Source: a virus. From it: 64,000 nucleotides of DNA. The stretch is taken from IMG/VR virus record IMGVR_UViG_3300037502_003888, positions 1 to 64,000 of that record, one strand, 5' to 3'. The notes under the pieces are model-generated. The model had not been told where the DNA came from and did no database searches. It saw only the letters and a list, made by a program, of their open reading frames with translations. The position numbers and the translations under genes were made by a program. Position 1 is the stretch's first letter; every line of letters starts with the position of its first letter. Below, in pieces: positions 58,301-64,000 of this stretch.

Positions 58301-61300
58301 GCGCAGCCACCATAGTGCAACCCAGCGAGAGATTCAACTACAACGACTGGCTGCAGAGCGACTACGCGGAGATTGAGCGCGGTTTGTTGCCCAACATCGC
58401 CAACAAGGCCGATCAGTTGATCAACAGCTACAACATCAATTCGGCCAACCTTGAAAGCGACAACGATCTCTTGAGTTATGGACTCATAGGATTCAGACCA
58501 CGGCAATACATGAGCGCACTGAACCTCGATGACGTGAGCCAGGTCAATATCTATCGACAGTTCCTGGGCACCAAGGGAACTATCCGCAGCGCCGAGCTCA
58601 TGAGCAATGCACGTCTGCGCAAAGAAAGTGCGCAGTATGACATCTATGAAAACTGGGCAGTGCAACAAGGTGTGTACGGCGCCAATGCCAATCGCAGCTT
58701 CTTTGAGATACGTCTGAATCGCGCCTTGCTGGACAGCAATCCCAGCACCATACAGGTCACGGAACCGCAGCAGACCAGCACAGCAGACCAGTCAGTGCTG
58801 GTCAGCGATCTCTGGAGGGAAAGCTACTATATCACCAGCAGTGACATACTGCCAGTGACCACAGAGACCGTGACTGACACAGCATTGCCATCAGCGGGAT
58901 ATGTGAATCTCAACGACATCGACATCACTGTGTTTGATCTCGATGATCCCAGCACCTTGGCCGCGGATCTCGACCGCATCGAAGATGGCACCAGCATCTG
59001 GGTGGCCAAGGTCAATGATTATGACTGGAACGTGTATGCCAGCCAGGCAGTGCCGGGTGTGATACAACATGTGTGCGACAATCTCGATGGCACCAGTATC
59101 GTGATATTCAGCAAGCAGCATGGCCTAACAGTCAATGATACCATCATCATCAAACAATTTGACAGCGAGATTGATGGTGTGTATCGTGTGATCAGTGTGC
59201 CGACACTGACCAAAATCACCATTGAATTCAGTTTCACTGGAGATCGCACAGTGGTCAACGGCACGGGTTTCGCTTTTGAGCTGGTCACACAACGAGTCTC
59301 TCAGTTCAGTGATGCTGTGGATCTCGCCTATGCCAATCTGCCAGTGCCGGGTGCCCGAGTCTGGATCGACAACGATGGTACAGGCCACTGGGCCGTGGTA
59401 GAAAAACGCCAGGTGTTCCTTGATCCTCTGGAACTGGCACCGCGTGACCTAGATGCGACCCAGGCCTATGGAACCAGTGTGGCACAGGCCACAAATGGTC
59501 TAGCATCATTTGTGGGCAGTTCAAGACTGGGATTCAACACCGGTGCTACCATAGGTGGTGTGTATGTGTATGTACGCGGCGCCAGTGAGATCTATCAACC
59601 CACCAGCCCCATACAAAATGCCGATGCTATCATGCAGCTCATGGTGACAGGCGTGCGTGAACTGGGTTATAGTTTGGCCATGGGCGACAAAGACTGGGGC
59701 GCCAGCGGCGCGCCTGGCAGTCTCGGGCCCAGCAGCGAAGCCAACGTGGGCTATGTGGGTGCTTTTTATCGCGATCTAGAAACCTATCGCCCTGGCACCA
59801 ATCCCTATGTGATGTGGCAATTGCTGACCAAACCGGGAAATCTCACAACGGCTGGCAGTCGCTTTGGCAACAGCATCGACATCAGCCGCGACGAACGCTG
59901 GATGTATGTGGGCAGTCCCGGAGAAAACAAAGTCTATGCCTATGCTCGTGTGCCCGTGCCGGTGCAGCGCATCCAAGCCCAGGGCGACAGCAGTGAAAGC
60001 TATGACGTAGCCAGCGTGATCCAAGTTGAGTCAGGAGACCAACTGACGGTCACCCTTGATGGTCAAGAATTGGTGTTTGGAACCCAATTCACTGTCACTA
60101 CCTACAGCGTGCCTGGTGTTGGAACTCGCGTGGAATCTGTGGAATTTGCAGTGGCGCCGGGATCAGATCAACAAGTGGTGATCCAGCGTCGCACACAGCA
60201 TCAGATCGATGGCGGCACCTACCGCACAGTACCAGCATCAGGCGGATCAGGCACTGGAGCTGAATTCATAGTGTACCGAGCCCGGCGAGATGTCACAGTG
60301 GTGGCTGAATCCGGTGGCATTGGTTACCAAGTGGGCGACAGCCTCACCATAGATGCTGCTGATTTTGATGGTGGAACTTCACCAGCCAACGACATCACCA
60401 TGACAGTGACATCAGTCACAGCCGCGGGACAGGTCGTGGCTGTAGGCAGCGTGACTTACACAGCGCCGGCAGTGGTCAACACTTTTGACATCGGCCAATA
60501 CCTGTTCACTGTGAGTTCAATCTACAGTTTCTCGGTGTTGGTGGATGATGTGCTGCAGCGTCCCAACATTGACTACACCTTTGACAGCAACACACAAGAA
60601 GTAACGTTCGTCAATAATCCAGCCGATGGATCAGTGATCATCGCTAGAGCCCAGAGCTATTGGCAGTTAGTAGACACACTCACAGTGGCTGGTCTAGACA
60701 GTGCAGCAGAATTCGGTGCCAGCGTGACCTGTACCACTGATGGTCGTCAGGTCATGGTGGGCACTCCCCAGCGCGAAGTCAACGGTGTGTTGCGGGCCGG
60801 TACTGTGTATGTGTTTGATCGTGACGTGCAGAGATTTGTGTACGGCCAAGATCCCAGCAGCATCAGCTTCACGGTACTGGGCACAGTCACAGCACCAGTG
60901 TCAGTGCTGGTCAACAACACATTCTTGCAGGATCAAGCCATGGGAGTCATTGACGGGGTCAATACTTTTGTGGTCAGCGGCAACACCGTGACGTTGAACA
61001 CTGACCTAGTGGTGGGCGATTTCCTAGATATCGAGACCAATCAGTTTGCTCTGTTGCAAGTGATCAATCAAGACACACCAGAAACCTTTGCCAATTTTGG
61101 ACAGGCTGTGGATATTTGCAGCAATAACTGTAGCCTATATGTAGGCGCGCCCCAGAGCAGCCTACAGATCTACAAAGGCGGTGTGGTAGAACGCCTGGTC
61201 AATCAGGCCAGGATCTATGGCACCATCACCAGCACTGTGTCGGGTCCCACTCTCACAGCAGGCAATACCCTGAGAGTCAACAACCAGGACATCACAGTGC

Positions 61301-64000
61301 CCGCGGCCACGGCACAGGTCAGCAGTCTGCAAGGTCTGGCCAATGCCATCAACAACGAAGTGCCCAATGTCACTGCAACAGTGAGTTCAGGGCGACTCAC
61401 GGTGTCAGTGAGCAATCAATCCGCAGGTGTGCCTGGCAATCTAGTACAGGTATTGCCAGGCAGCGTAGGCACAGCATTTGATGATCTCGGATTTGATGTG
61501 TATGCATCAACACAGACCATGCTCAGCCCTTATGCCAGGGAATTTGCTGGGTTTGGTTCTGCTATCAGTGTCAGCGACAATGCTACCCAGATAGTGGTAG
61601 GCGCACCCAACGGCAACATGTACATAGTACAGATTTTTGACGAAGATCCAGCACTGTTTGATGCTGGTGTCACTGATTTTTATTCAGAGATCGCCAACAG
61701 CGGTGCGGTGTATGTGTATGACTATGCTGAATCTGCCAACGGCAGCATCACCAACCCTGCCAAATTCATAGTCACACAACAGATCGAGATTCCCGATGTT
61801 GCCACACAGGATCAACTGGGCAGCGCAGTGAGTTATGTGCAGGGTCTGTTGTACATGGCAGCACCGGGCAGCGACAAGGACAGCGAAGGAGTAGACGACA
61901 GCCAAGCCAACTATGGCCGGGTCTATGTGGTAGACAATCCAGGTGCACAGAGCAGCTGGCGTGTGCTGCAGGCACAGCGTCCCGTGGTGGATATCAGGCT
62001 GTTGAACAGTGTGTTCTTGTACAATCTAGTGAGCTCCAGCACCACAGAATTCTTGGATTTCTTTGATCCGTTGCAGGGCAAAATACTGGGAGCTGCCCGA
62101 CAGAACATCGATTATATCGGTGCCGTGGATCCCGCAGGCTACAACTCAGGTGGTGTGAATCTGCGCGGGACCACATGGACTGGCGATCATCAAGGCGAGA
62201 TATGGTGGGATACCAGCACGGTGCGGTTCATTGATCCCAATCAGGACAGCCTCACCTATGCTGCACGGCGTTGGGGTCAGGTGTTTCCGGGCAGCAGCAT
62301 AGATGTCTATGAGTGGATCACCAGCACTGTGCCTCCGGATCAGTATCCGGGTCCCGGGGTAGTTCGAGACATCGGCAGCTATTCGGTGCGAGCTGTGCTG
62401 CAGCGCGACGGTACCATAGTCACAGAATATTTCTACTGGGTTCGCAGCAGCACTGCAGTGGCCACACGCCGCGGCAAGACTCTCAGCACTGAGGCCATCT
62501 CTCGATACATCGAGAATCCCCGGGGCAGTGGCATCGCTTACCTCGCTGCCATCAATGCCAGCACCGTGGCCATCTACAACTGCGAACAGCTGATTGAAGC
62601 CCAGGACACAGTGCTGCACATTGAGTTTGACCAGCAGTTCACCACAGACAATGTGCATGTGGAGTATCAGCTGGTTCCTGAAAACCGCGCTGATGGCTGG
62701 ATCACCCCAGTGATCTATCGCAAATTGCAGGACAGCCTCTGCGGCGTGGATGAAGTCGGCAACAACGTGCCTGATATCTTCCTGAGCCCACCTGAGCGCT
62801 ATGGCATACAATTCCGTCCGAGACAGAGCATGTTTGTGGACCGATACTCTGCTCTGGAAAATTTCGTGCAGCGAGTGAATTCTGTGCTGGTGCAGTTTCC
62901 CATATCAGAGACTCGTAGATTCGTGCTGCTGGACAGCGCAGATCCTGAGCCCAGCGCGCAGAGTGGACTCTGGAACAAGCGTGTGGACAACATAGAACAA
63001 CTGTCATTCCAGGACATCTATGCAGTGCCATTGGGCTACAGTTATCTAGTCAACAGCGACAGCACCCAGCAAGGTCTCTGGACCATCTACACAGTGATCT
63101 CGGGTCAGCTGTTGGGTCAGCGCCAACTGAGATTGGCACGAGTACAGAACTATCGTACCAGTGATTACTGGGATTACATCAACTGGGTGCGACCCGGCTA
63201 CAATGACAGCGTGCGTCCCAAGATCGAAGTACAGAACTATGCTGATCTAGATACCTTGGTGGTTCCTGTGGGCACCAGCGTCAAGGTCTTGGCCAACAGC
63301 CAAGGCAAATTCGAGATCTGGTTGCTGGAAGACACCGGCTGGGAACGAGTGGTGCTGCAAGATGGTACCATAGCCCTGGATGATGTGCTGTATGATTACA
63401 GCCTGGGTCGATTTGGTTTTGATGCTGAAGTATTTGACGCACAGTATTTTGATCAGGCACCCACCACCGAAACACGCAAGATCATACAGGCAGTGAATCA
63501 AGAATTGTTCATTGACGATCTCTTGATAGAACGCAATCGCTTGTTGGTGCTGATGTTTGAATACGTGCTGAGCGAAAATGTGGCTCCTGAGTGGTTGGTC
63601 AAGACCAGCCTGGTGGATGTGGATCACAGCGTGCGGGAACTGCTGCCATTCCAGAATTATCGCCGTGACAATCAGGAATTCGTGGAAGATTACGTCCAAG
63701 AAGTCAAGCCCTATCACGTGCAAGTGCGGGAATTCAATCTCAAATACTTTGGTATTGACACCTATCTCGGTGACCTCACAGACTTTGATTTACCTGCGTA
63801 CTGGAACACTGCCCTCACAGTACCGCGTTTCACATCGCCGATTCTCACACCTTATGCCATGAGCCTGCCCGAGCCCACCAATATATTGAGTGACGCTGCC
63901 AGCACCAATGGCATCTGGCAACAATGGCCCTATAGCCAATGGTACAGCAATTTCTTGCTGACTCTCACAGACATACGTGTGGTAGACAGTGGCACGGGTT
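52345..64000 (+). CDS. Giant baseplate/virion protein (gp7 position), 3'-partial, at least 3885 codons, with FG-GAP-like propeller
   Basis: ATG overlaps the gp6 stop (TAATG); begins MARVRSVDFLPQIFQTDTNRQFL; the same frame reads TLTDIRVVDSGTG at the window end; contains EVKPYHVQVRE. Absence from the track is consistent with no in-window stop. Confidence 0.88.
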   Translation, partial: MARVRSVDFLPQIFQTDTNRQFLAATLDTLTQEPQFKKTQGYIGRRVGPGVDPNDVYVIEPDKTRTDYQLEAGIVSLVPDTNEIKDLMTYPGLADAISYQGGDGSRSDRLYESDYYCWDPFVDFDTLVNFNQYYWVPNGPDVVDVSATPIPATEQFTVNRANGVYTVPGQSGPNPTITLVRGGSYTFSVAQNRVETINFRVQNQGVSAYLIDRQPNPALTLIRGNTYVFQLNLRDNFPFWIKTLPTLGEADAYDQGVLRNGAVTGSITFTVPQDAPDQLYYTSQNNISLQGTINVVNGQSGTGSGFWIQTAPGVSGTLPAYPNISSRDVLGVQNNGIDLGQVVFNVPRVTAQQFYYNLPNFTVGVDLLTDLKFDEINNQPLLEFIARTGGIDGITNLIGRTLVFSTPIISPEAGGWFRETLYDPLDPTQANNDLAGSYDSLPYDLTTVIPAEDRRQLWQISTITSNGIAYIQLEKISNIPDLHKFPIRFGTVYSNTVWYKTQTQDLERVPLLSAASDTLYYQDGTDPEIYGVIKLVDGNINQVLFIDQIEGQSQYTSPNGVVFTNGLKVKFTGDVVPANYASGTVTVVCTSTQADINAITTYSTDILYPNQQIVFTSPTVGGLQPGITYYVGTIINELQFTVTLVPNGADVVLQDGSIAQMIGTAINDRQYYVSGVGSSIRLLPVTDFVTPEEYVETEDPDGSTVTTQPNLPDYITIDRASIDLNAWSRSNRWFHKDVLVATATYNDTEISLPNEYRGRRPILQFRPGIRLWNMGTRGKQPVNIIDFQETDAFSDIEGSLSYSTDGYALENGSRVIFAADIDPEVRNKIYQVEFITPDSIPDLIAQPIIHLRLADDGLVLADDSTVCLNGDTLKGVTFWYDGDRWIRSQQKTSIQQAPLYNVYDLQGRSFGDSTVYPSTNFAGSKLFSYALTSSSQVDPVLQLPLQYRNIANIGDIVFDNNLYSDSFIYTLNRVSQTVPISTGTVREYSSRTQYRRQLGWQTAATTSKVYQQFRFTYNGQDLVLDVRAQDVVTVPSIKIYVENVFVDPSQYNYTRTNNSTTITFADGVATGSLVEVLVLSAQTSNVAFRQVPLNLENNPFNANSDSFTLGTVRQHYDNLCENLTNLQGEINGANNTRDLGNIVPFGLTILQQSSPLTLAGYFLRDPGYDFFQALIYNSREYTKYKNLILDNVTQQELQFQTAAEILDTAIENLTQGRVSNQPFYWSDMLPSGAVYTETVYTVTNITTNTFDTTQVYDYDTANYLGLNVYFQDTILIRGLDYTVSTDAPQITVLFPLAVGDQIVLREYATTYGSFCPNTPTKLGLYPAWRPDIITVQGSFGPTQVIRGHDGSQTPLFNDLRDDVLLEFERRIYNNLKLDNNPVPLTITDVLPGQFRETGYSFSEINTLLNQDFLSYLAWNKLDYRTQDYRADNEFTWNYSTAKSKLDNRNLLGAWRGINRYYYDTEQPESTPWEMLGFTVEPDWWQDNYGAAPYTQNNLVLWDDLAAGVVRDPAGVYIRPQYARPGLQQVIPTGDQGQLLSPFDSVVGTYDSTQFRRSWSLGDGSPVESSWYNSSSYPFAVMRVLALTRPAKFFALFADRDLYKYDNEFGQYLLNQRYRLDANGVQVYGDGVSKASYINWIVDYNRQTGINSTDILETDLANLDVRLCYRMASFSDKKLIQVYTDRATPAGTNNTLLLPDQSYNLLLYKNQPFSRASYSSVIIQNVPGGYAVFGYSTTQPFFNVQTSVTNGQLDTIGVGSVRVRVPTLYLNKVTQVPYGFIFRDRTSVVDFLLSYGEFLTRQGLTFDSIENGYVLDWRQMAVEFLYWSQQGWAENTVISINPLALRMSVTRPGAVVDSINVQTIESLLLDQNRRQFPTRNLDIVRLENTFTVRPLTDQVLSYIDLKYTSFEHVIVLNNASEFGDLIYDPITGARQSRLNLVAVTTSGWNGSIDTPGFILNTPTVQDWDRTRIYAKGEIVRYKGAFWSAATIVQPSERFNYNDWLQSDYAEIERGLLPNIANKADQLINSYNINSANLESDNDLLSYGLIGFRPRQYMSALNLDDVSQVNIYRQFLGTKGTIRSAELMSNARLRKESAQYDIYENWAVQQGVYGANANRSFFEIRLNRALLDSNPSTIQVTEPQQTSTADQSVLVSDLWRESYYITSSDILPVTTETVTDTALPSAGYVNLNDIDITVFDLDDPSTLAADLDRIEDGTSIWVAKVNDYDWNVYASQAVPGVIQHVCDNLDGTSIVIFSKQHGLTVNDTIIIKQFDSEIDGVYRVISVPTLTKITIEFSFTGDRTVVNGTGFAFELVTQRVSQFSDAVDLAYANLPVPGARVWIDNDGTGHWAVVEKRQVFLDPLELAPRDLDATQAYGTSVAQATNGLASFVGSSRLGFNTGATIGGVYVYVRGASEIYQPTSPIQNADAIMQLMVTGVRELGYSLAMGDKDWGASGAPGSLGPSSEANVGYVGAFYRDLETYRPGTNPYVMWQLLTKPGNLTTAGSRFGNSIDISRDERWMYVGSPGENKVYAYARVPVPVQRIQAQGDSSESYDVASVIQVESGDQLTVTLDGQELVFGTQFTVTTYSVPGVGTRVESVEFAVAPGSDQQVVIQRRTQHQIDGGTYRTVPASGGSGTGAEFIVYRARRDVTVVAESGGIGYQVGDSLTIDAADFDGGTSPANDITMTVTSVTAAGQVVAVGSVTYTAPAVVNTFDIGQYLFTVSSIYSFSVLVDDVLQRPNIDYTFDSNTQEVTFVNNPADGSVIIARAQSYWQLVDTLTVAGLDSAAEFGASVTCTTDGRQVMVGTPQREVNGVLRAGTVYVFDRDVQRFVYGQDPSSISFTVLGTVTAPVSVLVNNTFLQDQAMGVIDGVNTFVVSGNTVTLNTDLVVGDFLDIETNQFALLQVINQDTPETFANFGQAVDICSNNCSLYVGAPQSSLQIYKGGVVERLVNQARIYGTITSTVSGPTLTAGNTLRVNNQDITVPAATAQVSSLQGLANAINNEVPNVTATVSSGRLTVSVSNQSAGVPGNLVQVLPGSVGTAFDDLGFDVYASTQTMLSPYAREFAGFGSAISVSDNATQIVVGAPNGNMYIVQIFDEDPALFDAGVTDFYSEIANSGAVYVYDYAESANGSITNPAKFIVTQQIEIPDVATQDQLGSAVSYVQGLLYMAAPGSDKDSEGVDDSQANYGRVYVVDNPGAQSSWRVLQAQRPVVDIRLLNSVFLYNLVSSSTTEFLDFFDPLQGKILGAARQNIDYIGAVDPAGYNSGGVNLRGTTWTGDHQGEIWWDTSTVRFIDPNQDSLTYAARRWGQVFPGSSIDVYEWITSTVPPDQYPGPGVVRDIGSYSVRAVLQRDGTIVTEYFYWVRSSTAVATRRGKTLSTEAISRYIENPRGSGIAYLAAINASTVAIYNCEQLIEAQDTVLHIEFDQQFTTDNVHVEYQLVPENRADGWITPVIYRKLQDSLCGVDEVGNNVPDIFLSPPERYGIQFRPRQSMFVDRYSALENFVQRVNSVLVQFPISETRRFVLLDSADPEPSAQSGLWNKRVDNIEQLSFQDIYAVPLGYSYLVNSDSTQQGLWTIYTVISGQLLGQRQLRLARVQNYRTSDYWDYINWVRPGYNDSVRPKIEVQNYADLDTLVVPVGTSVKVLANSQGKFEIWLLEDTGWERVVLQDGTIALDDVLYDYSLGRFGFDAEVFDAQYFDQAPTTETRKIIQAVNQELFIDDLLIERNRLLVLMFEYVLSENVAPEWLVKTSLVDVDHSVRELLPFQNYRRDNQEFVEDYVQEVKPYHVQVREFNLKYFGIDTYLGDLTDFDLPAYWNTALTVPRFTSPILTPYAMSLPEPTNILSDAASTNGIWQQWPYSQWYSNFLLTLTDIRVVDSGTG

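Noticed and set aside
52430-63862. Apparent gene-poor region with scattered short ORFs
   Set aside because: It is one continuous plus-strand ORF from 52345 whose stop lies outside the window.
1-64000. Stop-codon reassignment as in some large phages
   Set aside because: Core genes are full length under the standard code, and TAG and TGA end genes at sensible boundaries.

Overview
This 64-kb window is the virion-morphogenesis region of a large T4-like (jumbo-type) myophage, about 55% GC by eye and using the standard genetic code (TAA, TAG and TGA all act as stops). In order it contains: a receptor-binding/fibre block with a >1,900-aa RCC1-repeat protein running off the left edge, a fibre chaperone and a 1,663-aa collagen-like (Gly-X-Gln) fibre with a peptidase-S74 end, interleaved with glycosyltransferase/methyltransferase-like genes; a GIY-YIG/NUMOD3 homing endonuclease after the capsid gene; the head module (gp23, gp22, gp21, acidic core protein, gp20); a tape-measure/hub protein with an M15-type peptidase; a gp26-like gene with a likely -1 frameshift extension; a ~400-nt heavily structured non-coding element; a leftward gp55-gp47-gp46-radical SAM-resolvase operon under a sigma70-type promoter; and the baseplate block (tube initiator, gp53, hub, gp5, gp25, gp6 and a >3,880-aa protein running off the right edge). 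Both giant edge ORFs are missing from the ORF track. The strongest novelty candidates are (1) the apparently pseudoknotted, minus-strand ncRNA-like element at 32874-33270, (2) a putative phage-encoded fibre glycosylation system, (3) a lambda gpG/gpGT-style slippery site in the gp26-like gene, and (4) a TAAATA late-promoter grammar with leaderless mRNAs and promoter-overlapping hairpins. All family calls come from motif recognition by eye; no searches were run.
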